DNA of 64,000 nucleotides from Stegostoma tigrinum (Eukaryota), in contig NC_081380.1 in NCBI RefSeq assembly GCF_030684315.1, positions 29,323,951 through 29,387,950 on the forward strand. The letters are read 5' to 3'. The notes under the pieces are model-generated. The model ran no database searches. It worked only from the letters and a program-made list of their open reading frames with translations, and was not told the DNA's origin. The position numbers were made by a program, and so were the translations under genes. Of the stretch, positions 13,452-25,434 are shown in pieces. Positions within the stretch are counted from its first letter, which is position 1; the number at the start of each line of letters is the position of its first letter.

Positions 13452-15570
13452 GATTAGGCAAGATTTAGGGAGCATAGGAGGGGGAAGGAAACTGCAGGGG
13501 ATGGGCACATTAGAAATGTGGAGCTTATTCAAGGAAAAGCTCCTGTGTGTCCTAGATAAGTATGTACCTGTCAGGCAGGGAGGAAGCTGTAGAGTTCAGG
13601 AGCCGTGGTTTACGAAGGAGGTGGAATCTCTGGTCAAGAGGAAAAAGAAGGCTTATGTTAGGATGAGATGTGAAGGCTCAGTTAGGGCACTTGAGGGCTA
13701 CAGGTAGCCAGGAAGTACCAAAAGAGAGAACTCAGAACAGCCAGGAGGAGACATGAGAAGTTGTTGGCGGATAGGATCAGGGTAAACTCTAAGGCTTTCT
13801 ATAGGTATTTAAGGAATAAAAGAATGGCCCTAATTTTACTCTCGTCAATCAAAGATAGTAGTGGGAAGTTGTGTCTGGAGTCAGAGGAGATAGGGGAAGC
13901 ACTAAATGAATATTTTTCGACAGTATTCACTCTAGAAAATGACAATGTTGTCAAGGAAAATACTGAGATACAGGCTACTAGACTAGGTGGGATTGAGGTT
14001 CACAAGGAAGAGGTATTAGAAATCCTACAGAGTGTGAAGATAGATAAATCACCTGGGCCGGATGGGATTTATCCTAGGATCCTCTGGGAAGCCAGGAAGG
14101 AGATTGCTGAGCCTTTGGCATTGATCTTTAACTCGTCATTGTCTACAGGAATACTCCCAGAAGACTGGAGGATAGCAAATGTGGTTCCCCTGTTCAAGAA
14201 TGGGAGTAGAGACAACCCTGATAATTATAGACCAGTGAGCCTTACTTCAGTTGTTGGTAAAGTGTTGGAAAAGGTTATAAGAGATAGGATTTATAATTAT
14301 CCAGAAAAGAATAATTTGATTAGGGATAGTCAGCTTGGCTATGTGAAGGGTAGGTCGTGCCTCACAAACCTCCTTGAGTTCTTTGAGAAGGTAACCAAAC
14401 AGGTAGATGAGAGTAAACCGGTTGATGTGGTGTACATGGATTTGAGCAAGGCTTTCGATAAGGTTCCCCACAGTAGGGTATTGTACAAAATGGGGAGGAA
14501 TGGAATTGTGGGAGATACAGCAGTTTGGATCGGAAATTGGCTTGCTGAAAGAAGACAGAGGGTGGTAGTTGATGGGAAACGTTCATCCTGGAGACCAGTT
14601 ACTAGTGGTGTACCGCAAGGGTCAGTGTTCGGTCCACTGCTGTTTGTCATTTGTATAAACGACTTGGATGAGGGCGTAGAAGGATGGGTTAGTAAATTTG
14701 CAGACAACACTAAGGTCGGTGGAGTTGTGGATAGTGATGAAGGATGCTGTAGGTTACAGAGAGACATAGACAAGCTGTAGAGCTGGGCTAAAAGGTGGCA
14801 AATAGAGTTTAATGCAGAGTTTAAGTGTGAGGTGATGCACTTTGATGGGAGTAACCGGAAGGCAAAGTACTGGGCTAATGGCAAGATTCTTGGTAGTGTA
14901 GATGAGCAGAGAGATCTCGGTGTCCATGTACACAGATCCTTGAAAGTTGCCACCCAGGTTGACAGGGCTGTTAAGAAGGCATACAGTGTTTTAGCTTTTA
15001 TTAATAAAGGGATCAAGTTCCAGAACCATGAGGTTATGCTGCAGCTGCACTTGGAGTATTGTGTACAGTTCTGGTCACCGCATAATAAGAAGGATGTGGA
15101 AGCTTTGGAAAGGGTGCAGAGGAGATTTACTGGGATGTTGCCTGGTATGGAGGGAAGGTCTTACGAGGAAAGGCTGAGGGATTGGAGGCTGTTTTCATTA
15201 GAGAGAAGAAGGTTAAGAGGTGACTTAATTGAAACATATAAAATAATCAGAGGGTTAGATAGGGTGAATAGGGAGAGCCTTTTTCCTAGGATGGTGACCG
15301 CGAGCACGAGGAGGCATAGCTTTAAATTGAGGGGTGAAAGATATAGGACAGATGTCAGAGGTAGTTTCTTTACTCATAGTAGTAAGGGAATGGCACACTT
15401 TGCCTGCAACAGTAGTAGCTTCGCCAACTTTAAGTACATTTAAGTCATCATTGGATAAGCATATGGACGTACATAGAATAGTGTAGGTTAGATGGGCTTC
15501 AGATTGGTATGAAGGTTGGCACAACATCGAAGGCTGAAGGGCCTGTACTGTGCTGTAAATGTTCTATGTT
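13452..15570 (+). mobile_element. CR1 LINE, 5'-truncated, ORF2 RT pseudogene
   Basis: [34 protein letters not shown]; in-frame stops; tail gttctatgttcta; TSD ctagatga (13444, 15571). Confidence 0.96.
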
Positions 15571-17269
15571 CTAGATGACTGGAATAACATGGCACATACA
15601 AGAGTCACATGCTGAGTGTCTAATCAAACTAATAAGTAATCCAAAACTGTACAACATAATTAAGATAGACAGATTGTAACATTTTATCAAGGTGATGGTG
15701 TCAAAACAGGTCAGCAAGGAAGATTTTACAGATGCAGAACAGTATGCTGTAGTCATCGGTAGCAAAACATGCACCCAAGATCACGGCTGAGGCTGTCTCC
15801 ATGGGTACAGAACTCAGCTATCAGTTTCTGCTCAGCAATTCCGTGTTGTTGTGTATCTCGAACGCTGCCTTGGAGGACAATTACCCGATGACTGGAGGCG
15901 AAATGTCCTTGACTGCTGAAGTGTTCCCCAACTGGGAGGGAGCATTACTGTCTGGCAGGTACTCACTGTGCCCATTCATCTTTTGTCATAGCGTCTGCAT
16001 GGTCTCGCCAATATACCAGGCCTCAGGGCATCCTTGCCTGCAGCATATGAAACAGACAATGTTGGCCAAGTCACAAGTAACTGCAGCGTGTGTGGTGGGT
16101 GCTGTTCCCACATGTGATGGTAGTGTCCATGTTGATGATCTGACATGTCTTGCAGAGGTTACTGTGGCAGGGTTGTGTAGCATTGTGTTCATGTTGTCCT
16201 GAAGGCTGGGTAGTTTGCTGTGAATGATGGTCCATTTAAGGTTTGGCAGCTGTTTGAAAGTGAGAAATGGAGGCGTAGGGATGATCTTGATGAGATGTTC
16301 ATCAATGACACATCAAAGGCCACAAAGAACATGGCGTAGTCTCTCTTTTTAAGATAAAGAACAAGGATTTGAAGCTTGCATTTGATTAACTGGCTGACTT
16401 ATAAAAACTGGGAATACTTACAGAATTATACACAGGAAGCCTCAGGCTTACTTTGAAGGTGTATATTAAAACCAGAAACATCCATTGTGAAATACCACAG
16501 TTTACAATTTTCTTCACCCAGTCACGATGAAGACTATTTGTTCTGAACCAGGACAAAAACTTCTGTTGGCAAGTTGTTATGAGAAGGAAGGCAACTCTCA
16601 ATCCTCCCTAGGTCAAAAAAATTCAAACAAGAGATTGTTGCATCATCTTTCCTCTTGCATTTAGGTACAGTTTGAAAGAAAGATAATGCCAAAAATAAGT
16701 CAGTGTGAAGTGGCAGAATATGAAACGTATTCGCTTTTGAGTTTGAGGAGAGATATAATATTGACTACCATTTTGCTCATGTCCAGTACATTTATTTGCC
16801 ATCTGAAACATACAGTCCTAGATAGCAAGAGCCTTACCTCACTAAGTGTGTTAGTCTGCTTCAAATAGAATGGAAAGGTGCATAATGCATGGATAAACAA
16901 CATGCCCAGTATCCAATATAGATCATAAAGAGGCCTGTTGTTATAACCTGGGGTCACACTATCAAATAGATTAGTAGTTAGGAAATTTGGGCTCATCTCT
17001 GAATGAAAGACACTCTGGTTGCTTTCAGGAGTGTCCAGTACACCTAAAACTCAAAAGAATATCCAAGTCAGAAGCTAAAATACTCCACCTTAACCCTTGT
17101 ACAGGGAAAATGACTGGTCATATGAGTGTCAAAGACTATGAAACGAAAGACTCACATGCATTTTGTACTCTTAATAACCACCACCAAATGACTCAAAAGA
17201 ACTTTAGTTAAATGTAAAAATTTTTGATATGTAGTAACTGCTCTAATATAACAAATGCAGCAAGCCATG

Positions 17270-17570
17270 TGCTGAGCAAACCAACTCTCACAAACGATGG
17301 TGTAATGCTGACTAAATCATCTGCTTTCTGTGATGTTGATGGATAGACAAATATTGCCTGATCACAGTTCTTCTTGAAATAACACCATGGTGTCTTTCAC
17401 AACCACCTGCGCAGGCAGTTGAGTCCACTTTAATATCCTGTTTGAAAGATGGTCTGACAGTGCATCGCTCTGTCAATATTGCACTGAGTGTGTCGGCTCA
17501 CTGGAGTGGGAGTTGAACCAATAAACCTCACGATTCAGAAGTGAGAGTACTTAACAGCAGAGCCATGGCT
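17270..17570 (-). mobile_element. Deu-domain SINE (degenerate)
   Basis: Reverse complement resembles 1-390 (aaatcatctgc, tcttcttgaaataacaccatgg, ctgacagtgca, tRNA head). Confidence 0.6.
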
Positions 17571-18759
17571 AATTGAACAATTAATCAAAGGTCTTCTTCA
17601 TTACTCATTCCTCAAAATCTCATCCCAGTGCCATTGTTTCATGAGTATCCTCTCCTGGGCTGTTTAATTCTGTTCCTTCCAAACCAGTTCTGTGGATTTC
17701 TCACTGCAGTGAAGGATGCAGCATGTCATGATGATGTGAGCAGCTTTCACATGGCTTTTTTGCCGCACTCTTCCTGCCCCACGAGATTAGACAGCTGAGT
17801 TCTTGCATTAACATTCTTGTCGCTGGCTCTACTTTGATCTTGGTAAACATAGTTGCCCAGTTATAGTGGTGTTCAAACATTATTATTACCCAAGGCTGCA
17901 ACTCTCAGTAGCCCACCTCATGACAGAAAATGTAAGCAGGCAGGCAATATTCTCTGAAATCAAAAGAATCTTGCCAAGTAAAAAAAATTCATTGCGAGAC
18001 AACTGTTGTTGTTGCCTATTATCCATGGCACATCAATTTCATGGCTGGCATTTTCAAAGTAGGTCATCAGCTTATTGTTGGCTGCACCTTTGGACTCCAG
18101 TTTGTGGATAGACCTGATGCTCCTGTTGTTATCTGGATGATCATGTCACAGAAATCAAGGACTGCAGGCACAAGTGACGCACAGCTCTGACAGCTCCTCT
18201 GCTAAGTACAGCATCTATCAGCACTGCTCTTCAGACCCATTAAGGTACAATTCCCACTGCTAATAGTGGTCTTGGAGCTGTGGTAATTATGCCATAACCT
18301 AGCTTGCTTTTACCCTTGTGCTCTCAAAAAAGTTAATACAGTGAAATTTCCTCATGGACACCAGGTCAGCATTTCCAGAGTTTAAGTGCAACAGGTGTCT
18401 ACTATCTCAGCACATTTTCCAAGTAGGATAAACAAATGAAAAGCACAAGAAGCCTTTCATAATTGGACTGTTTCAGCCACATTTGGAATCATACAGCATA
18501 GAAACGAACCCTTTGGCCCACCATGTCTATGCCAACAAACACCAAAACTGCATTCATCCTATTTTGTTGTATTTAGACTATAGCCTACTGTGCTCTGTCA
18601 TTTTAAGCTCTCGTCCTGATGCTTCTTAAACGTTTCAAGAGTACCTGCTTCCACCTCCCTCTCAGGCAGCATATTTCTAGCACCCTCTGGGTCAGATCTC
18701 CTCTAACCCATTTACTCATCCCTTTAAAGAAGCGCCCTACATACTCTGAAGTGACGGGT

Positions 18760-18950
18760 TATTTTTCATCCACCCAGGCAGGCAGGTTGTGTCACAGCTT
18801 AACATCTCATTTTGAAAGGCACCGACTCTGATAAGACAGCACTCCCTTAGAACAGCGCTGAATCATCTCGTCTCAGGCTTGCTTCAGGGTGAAATCTGAG
18901 TTCGCGACTTTCTGACTGAAAATGCTGCTGACTGAGTCATGGCTGACACT
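18760..18950 (-). mobile_element. Deu-domain SINE 5' part
   Basis: ttaacatctcattttgaaagg...gacagcactccc...ttctgactgaaa...ctgagtcatggct. Confidence 0.5.
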
Positions 18951-19253
18951 TGTGCAGATGTGGCAGACTTTCGCATTACCTTTCTATTTTGTAAACGGTT
19001 TGCTAAGCGTAGCCATCTGCATCTACCGTACCGCACCCACCAGCAACTCCCCGCACCCCCCCCCGCCACCCCACCCATGCAAACGTAAGGGAAGTATGTA
19101 TGTTACCCTTAGCAGTTCATTTAAAAAATGCAAAATCCACATCTTGCCAATTTTCAGGGGGCCACTGTCAAACCCACCTACATTTCAGTGTGAAGTCAAT
19201 GAATATTACTAGTTATACCCATCCTCTGACTTCATTTAAATAAAAGAAAAATT

Positions 19254-19404
19254 GGGCTGGAAGTATTCAGCAAGCACGTCAGCAGTTGTGGAGAAATAAA
19301 CCTTTAAAATGTTTTAGGTCAATAACTTTACATCAGAACCTGAAATGGTATCTGTTTCTTTCTCCACAGATGCTGCCTGAGCTGCTAAGTATTCCCAGCA
19401 GTAT
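19254..19404. mobile_element. Old fold-back PLE-terminus element, target of a younger insertion
   Basis: gctggaagtattcagca...tgtggagaaa / tttctccacagatgctgcctgagctgctaagtattcccagca. Confidence 0.6.
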
Positions 19405-19405
19405 C

Positions 19406-19529
19406 AGAGATAATGGGAACTGCAGATGCTGGAGATTCCAAGATAATAAAATGTGAGGCTGGATGAACACAGCAGGCCAAGCAGCATCTCAGGAGCACAA
19501 AAGCTGACGTTTCGGGCCTAGACCCTTCA
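19406..19529 (-). mobile_element. Young PLE 3' terminus truncated inside the HHR core
   Basis: Near-identical to the terminus at 22817; perfect 13-bp TSD tcccagcagtatc (19393, 19530). Confidence 0.9.
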
Positions 19530-19635
19530 TCCCAGCAGTATCTTGCTTTTGCCTTCCTCATGGCGATCTTACATTAGGCAAAGACTTTCCCCTCTTAGAA
19601 TATGAAAGAAAAGAAATTAAACTAAAAGGAAATTG

Positions 19636-19867
19636 AGAGATAACAAGGTGCAGAGCTGGATGAACACAGCAGGTCAAGCAGCATCAGAGGAGCAGGAAAG
19701 CTGACATTTTGGGCCTCGAACCTTCTTCAGAAAAAAATTCTGAAGGAGGATCTAGGCCCAAAATGTCAGCTTTCCTGCTCTTCTGATGCTGCTTGGCCTG
19801 CTGTGTTCATCCAGCTCTGCACCTTGTTATCTCAGATTCTCCAGCATCTGCAGCTCCTGCTATCTCT
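19636..19867. mobile_element. Fold-back PLE-terminus mini-element
   Basis: Arms 19637-19732 and 19738-19833 inverted around an A-rich spacer; TSD aactaaaaggaaa / aactaagaggaaa. Confidence 0.88.
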
Positions 19868-20567
19868 GCAACTAAGAGGAAAGATGAGTTAGCAGGCTGT
19901 GGAAAGAGGTGATAGACAAGCCTTTGTATGGATAATGAAACTTTGAATGTGCTCTGTTCTCACGTCACATTAAGTACATAGAATAAGTACCGTTCTGCCA
20001 AAGGTTTCAGTCTGATAACAACCTGCTGTCTGACTGTTGTTCATATTATAATGAAGCAACTTGAAAAGGCAATTCAGACTATTCAATCCATTTTGATCAC
20101 AAAGGTCGAATTGACCCCAAGTGGATCATTTTTTTTTCTTTGAACAGCTTCAGCTTCAAGCTTTTAAGCCTCTTCCTTCTATGAGACAATAAACTTGGTT
20201 GCTTCCTTTGTGAATTCTTAATCGGGCTCTATATAACAGCTGCACTTCATAATCGTTCATCTCCAAATGTAACACAGTGTTTATTCTTTATGATATGTTC
20301 AATTCTGAATTTCTTCAGCTTACAATCATGCTGGAAGGCACTTCTAGTGTGGGTAGTGTTTCTACCTCTAAGCCAGAAGGCCCTGGTTCAAGTCTCACTG
20401 GTTCAGAGGTGTCTCAAAACATGTTTGAACAGGTTGAGTAAAATATTTATAATCACACCCTTCTTTTGCTGGCACTTGCTTAGATTTATATTGTGCATTT
20501 ACTATCTCCTTAATTACTCATGAATAGCCTTACTGTCCCAGAAAAAAAATTCTTCTAATATTTTAAG

Positions 20568-21982
20568 GAGTGTTAAATTTCTCCATTGTAATAAAAACTA
20601 TGGAAAATTTGTTCTTTAAAAAAATTCTTAAGACATGTTTAGATTGATCTTAATCAAACTTGTTTGCCCCAATTATTTGTCACTCACTATTACATTTTAA
20701 TTAAAAGTGAATGCTTCCTTGGGTTTTTACTTTCTGATTTGCTCTGCTAGAAGACTTCAATGAGATTGGTTCATAACATCATTATTGCTACTTAGAGATT
20801 CCCTTGACCTAACACCAGTTTTAAACTGGTAGGGAGAGAAACGCAAGACACAGTAATGACATATCTTTGTGGGCAAATTTTTTTAAGGCCAGTTATGAAC
20901 ACAAACATCAGTTGCTAACCAGAATGTGCATGCACATTGTTATCTCTGCTATCAGGAGTCAAAGAGTGGAGCTGGATGAACACAGCAGGCTAAGCAGCAT
21001 CTTAGGAGGACAATAGAACATAGAACATAGAACAGTACAGCACAGAACAGGCCCTTCAGCCCACAATGTTGTGCCGACCATTGATCCTCATGTATGCACC
21101 CTCAAATTTCTGTGACCATATACATGTCCAGCAGTCTCTTAAATGACCCCAATGACCTTGCTTCCACAACTGCTGCTGGCAACGCATTCCATGCTCTCAC
21201 AACTCTCTGCGTAAAGAACCTGCCTCTGACATCCCCTCTATACTTTCCACCAACCAGCTTAAAACTATGACCCCTCGTGCTAGCCATTTCTGCCCTGGGA
21301 AATAGTCTCTGGCTATCAACTCTATCTATGCCTCTCATTATCTTGTATACCTCAATTAGGTCCCCTCTCCTCCTCCTTTTCTCCAATGAAAAGAGACCGA
21401 GCTCAGTCAACCTCTCTTCATAAGATAAGCCCTCCAGTCCAGGCAGCATCCTGGTAAACCTCCTCTGAACCCTCTCCAAAGCATCCACATCTTTCCTATA
21501 ATAGGGCGCCCAGAACTGGACGCAGTATTCCAAGTGCGGTCTAACCAAAGTTTTATAAAGCTGCAACAAGATCTCACGACTCTTAAACTCAATCCCCCTG
21601 TTAATGAAAGCCAAAACACCATATGCTTTCTTAACAACCCTGTCCACTTGGGTGGCCATTCTAAGGGATCTATGTATCTGCACACCAAGATCCCTCTGGG
21701 CCTAGGCCTTTCTGACAACTTTTGTTTTCCTTCCTTTATCGCTGAGGAAAGTAGACACAGAAAATAGATGACAGAATAGGTTACTTAGCCTAGCGAGCCT
21801 GCTCTGTCATTCAAGTTGATCGTGGCTGATGGTCCAACTCTGTCTTGATCTATTTGGCATGCACAGGTAGGCTGTGTGTGTGTTTTTATTTGATTGAGAC
21901 AGATCTAAACAGGTCATAAGAATTTTTTTTAAAAGAAGAAACTGTCCATCATTTTTATTACAATGGAGAAATTTGACACCCC
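20568..21982. mobile_element. Putative non-autonomous DNA transposon relic with ~90-bp TIRs, containing nested PLE and CR1 insertions
   Basis: gtgttaaatttctccattgtaataaaaa...aatcaaa (20570-20658) is the diverged reverse complement of 21889-21980. Confidence 0.6.
21013..21697 (-). mobile_element. Young CR1 3' fragment inserted into a PLE terminus
   Basis: Stop-free 193-aa ORF (LVRPHLEYCVQFW, RGDLIEVYK, FTQRVVRAWNALP); (catagaa)n tail; PLE terminus sequence on both sides (20957-21012, 21698-21715). Confidence 0.93.
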
Positions 21983-22035
21983 GAGGCTGGTTCACAGGAC
22001 TGATTAGAGAATCTGGGTAATAGCTAGATCATCTT

Positions 22036-22130
22036 TTCTGAAGAAGGGTCCAGACCCGAAATGTCAGCTTTCCAGCTCCTCTGATGCTAATTGGCCTGCT
22101 ATGTTCATTCAGCTCTACATCTTGTTATAT
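22036..22130 (+). mobile_element. Solo PLE terminus with HHR motif
   Basis: ctgaagaagggtccagacccgaaatgtcagc at 22038; TSD ctagatcat (22024, 22131). Confidence 0.8.
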
Positions 22131-22335
22131 CTAGATCATTTTGGTGCTGTGCAAAGTTTTTTCTTAAAATGGAGTAGTCAGTTTGTCACTGGATGAAAAG
22201 GGATCCTTTCCAGCAAAAAACCATAGCATCATGTGAATATGAGAACAAAGCAAATGAACGTTTTGCCCATTATTGAGCTTGCCCATTCCAGCATCTTGCG
22301 CTGATTGGATCTGCAACTGGGCATCAAATTGGTCA

Positions 22336-22607
22336 TGATAATAAAATGTGAGGCTGGATGAACACAGCAGGCCAAGCAGCATCTCAGGAGCACAAAAGCT
22401 GACGTTTCAGGCCTAGGCCCTTCATCAGAGAGCACAAAAGCTGACGTTTCGGGCCTAGACCCTTCATCAGAGAGCACCTCTCTGATGAAGGGTCTAGGCC
22501 CGAAACGTCAGCTTTTGTGCTCCTGAGATGCTGCTTGGCCTGCTGTGTTCATCCAGCCTCACATTTTATTATCTTGGATTCTCCAGCATCTGCAGTTCCC
22601 ACTATCT
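22336..22607. mobile_element. Fold-back PLE mini-element with three HHR motifs (two tandem on -, one on +)
   Basis: HHRs at 22398-22428(-), 22440-22470(-), 22482-22512(+); perfect 14-bp TSD catcaaattggtca (22322, 22608). Confidence 0.92.
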
Positions 22608-22816
22608 CATCAAATTGGTCAGCTACTTTCCTGCCTTTCACTAGAATGGTGTAAAAATGACGTGGAAACATTAAGCATATTTTTAAAAGGATTAGATTTT
22701 CTTCCTACAAATTCTGCCCACTTGCAATCACATACTTTCAAATAGCTGCATCCCACTATTTTTTTTCCAACCTTCAGGAGGTCCATTTACCGCCTACAAG
22801 TACAAGTGAAAACCTG

Positions 22817-23637
22817 AGATAATGGGAACTGCAGATGCTGGAGAATTCCAAGATAATAAAATGTGAGGCTGGATGAACACAGCAGGCCAAGCAGCATCTC
22901 AGGAGCACAAAAGCTGACGTTTCGGGCCTAGACCCTTCATCAGAGAGGGGGATGGGGAGAGGGAACTGGAATGAATAGGGAGAGAGGGGGAGGCGGACCG
23001 AAGATGGAGAGTAAAGAAGATAGGTGGAGAGAGTATAGGTGGGGAGGTAGGGAGGGGATAGGTCAGTCCAGGGAAGACGGACAGGTCAAGGAGGTGGGAT
23101 GAGGCTAGTAGGTAGATGGGGGTGCGGCTTGGGGTGGGAGGAAGGGATGGGTGAGAGGAAGAACCGGTTAGGGAGGCAGAGACAGGTTGGACTGGTTTTG
23201 GGATGCAGTGGGTGGGGGGGGAAGAGCTGGGCTGGTTGTGTTACACAACCAGCCCAGCTCTTCCCCCTCCCGCCCCACCCGCTGCATCCAAAAACCAGTC
23301 CAACCTGTCTCTGCCTCCCTAACCGGTTCTTCCTCTCACCCATCCCTTCCTCCCACCCCAAGCCGCACCCCCATCTACCTACTAGCCTCATCCCACCTCC
23401 TTGACCTGTCCGTCTTCCCTGGACTGACCTATCCCCTCCCTACCTCCCCACCTATACTCTCTCCACCTATCTTCTTTACTCTCCATCTTCGGTCCGCCTC
23501 CCCCTCTCTCCCTATTCATTCCAGTTCCCTCTCCCCATCCCCCTCTCTGATGAAGGGTCTAGGCCCAAAACGTCAGCTTTTGTGCTCCTGAGATGCTGCT
23601 GGGCCTGCTGTGTTCATCCAGCCTCACATTTTATTAT
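22817..23637. mobile_element. ~820-bp near-perfect palindrome of PLE 3' region
   Basis: Centre ggttgtgt-t-acacaacc at 23242; mirror ORFs 23086-23391(-) and 23099-23404(+); perfect 14-bp TSD caagtgaaaacctg (22803, 23638). Confidence 0.95.
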
Positions 23638-24312
23638 CAAGTGAAAACCTGTCCTGGAAAACCTGTAGGTATTGCACTAATTATACAGCTGTTCCAACAG
23701 TTTATTTGGCTACACTGACAATCTACTTTTGTGATTCAATTGGATGCATTAGTTGCAAATTGATACTCCAGTCCCAATAAAATGACAAATCATAAATGAG
23801 CACCTGCATTGTGCTAAAAGCTGGTTCCATTATACATTGCATGAATCACTCATTTAAACAACCTGTAAAAGTCTGTGTGAGAATTTGCTTTGTGCCAGCA
23901 GTTTTCGCAATAGTTCAGATATTCTCACCTCTTAAATGCCCTTAAAACAATCGCCAGCTTAACTGAGAGTTGAACTACTTAAAGCAAAGTTATTGCAATG
24001 TAAAACACTACAAATGTAAACAAAACAAATATTTCTGACAAACACCCGAATCTTGTGGTGCATAACAAGTGGCTTGAAAAATAAACGTGAATGCAGAAAA
24101 CTCAGCTATGTTAAAAGGGAAACATCCCAGTACTGGATCAGCAAATCCACTGCAATCATTGGATCTATTGTGAAAAACCAAATAACAAGGAAAAATGACA
24201 GCTCGGTGTAGCATCTGCCAAAAAAGAACAAAAGACCAAGAAAAACATATGTGAAGTCACAGATCACGTATCTAAACAGTTGGTGAAATGCTATGGGTAC
24301 TCACTAGGTGAC

Positions 24313-24422
24313 AGTAAGGACTGCAGATGCTGCAAGTCAAAGTTGACAAAATGTGCAGCTGGAGAAGCACATCAGGTCAGATTGCATCGGAGCAGGAAAA
24401 TCAACATTTTGGGTCTGGACTC
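24313..24422 (-). mobile_element. Degenerate PLE terminus
   Basis: ggactgcagatgctg...gagcaggaaaatcaacattttgggtctggac. Confidence 0.6.
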
Positions 24423-25434
24423 TGGCACATACCAGGATGTCCTTTCTCGTGCAACATCTCTTACAGGTCACAGTGACCGCACTCAATCTGATCTACATTT
24501 CCTGCAGGAGCTGGGAGCAGATGGATTGGCACAGGGAATCTGGCAGAATCTCAGCACCGTGCTCAAAACTACATACTAAGCAATCCCACCCACTTATGTG
24601 CCATATTCATTATGGATTCATTCCAAAGCCCCCACAATGTAATATCTGCTGTTGCATTGCATGCATATATCTGTCCATCCTGGCAACAAACATTCAAAGT
24701 GCAACTTACAATATTGCCACAATCACATCTTCAAAGGGATTCACACATCAATTCATTCTTACACAGCCTTAATGCATGATTTATGCAGGAATAAGCACAA
24801 CCCATTGGCTAACCCATCCAGAGAGATGCTGGACATTCTTGTATGCACACATTGGCAAGCCACCATTGCTACTATTATGTTTGCATGGATCATGAAAACT
24901 AATACAGCTTTGTGTTTGGTTTCTAACTTCATGGAATTGCATACAGATGGACTGGGGCTTTTGCCTAAAACAATGAAAACATCTGACAATGGAAAATTTT
25001 CCTCTCAAGGAAATATATATAGTTTTGAAGAGGTCTACCTAGACACAATGGCTGTTCATGCATTGTATTAACCATGGCATGGGAAGTATAAATTGATATT
25101 TTCTGAATCTACCAACCAAGCAACACTGGGTCTTCCAGACAAGTCGGTCTCCCTTCAGTCAAATTGCTTTACCTCATGTTCAGTTGCAGATTATTCATAT
25201 TTGATGCCAAGTGTGTTGTAGAAAGACTAAAAACCTCAATGTCAACCAGAACTTGCTATTGATGTGATGTTCTTCCTCAGTTACTAGCTCATGATGAACT
25301 GTACCATACACAATATGATCATTTTTTGACTTACAAATATGTTTCAAATATAATTGCTTGACCATCACAAAAAAATGCAAAAAACTTCCATCTCTGCATC
25401 ACTGCCTTTTTCTATCCCTGTCTTGTGTGCACCA

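Larger units (their letters stand above)
13120..16340 (-). mobile_element. Penelope-like element family 2, split by a CR1 insertion (13120-13451 and 15571-16340)
   Basis: GIY-YIG TCDLANIVCFICCRQGCPEAWYIGETMQTL at ~15990-16080; different 3' terminus with its own HHR motif. Confidence 0.85.

Noticed and set aside
14339-15016. 225-aa minus-strand ORF
   Set aside because: Antisense of CR1 ORF2, a common artefact
20330-20450. tRNA-like sequence (ggttcaagtc)
   Set aside because: No cloverleaf; probably a short SINE head, not a tRNA gene
23086-23404. Two near-identical ORFs on opposite strands
   Set aside because: A consequence of the palindrome; non-coding PLE 3' region
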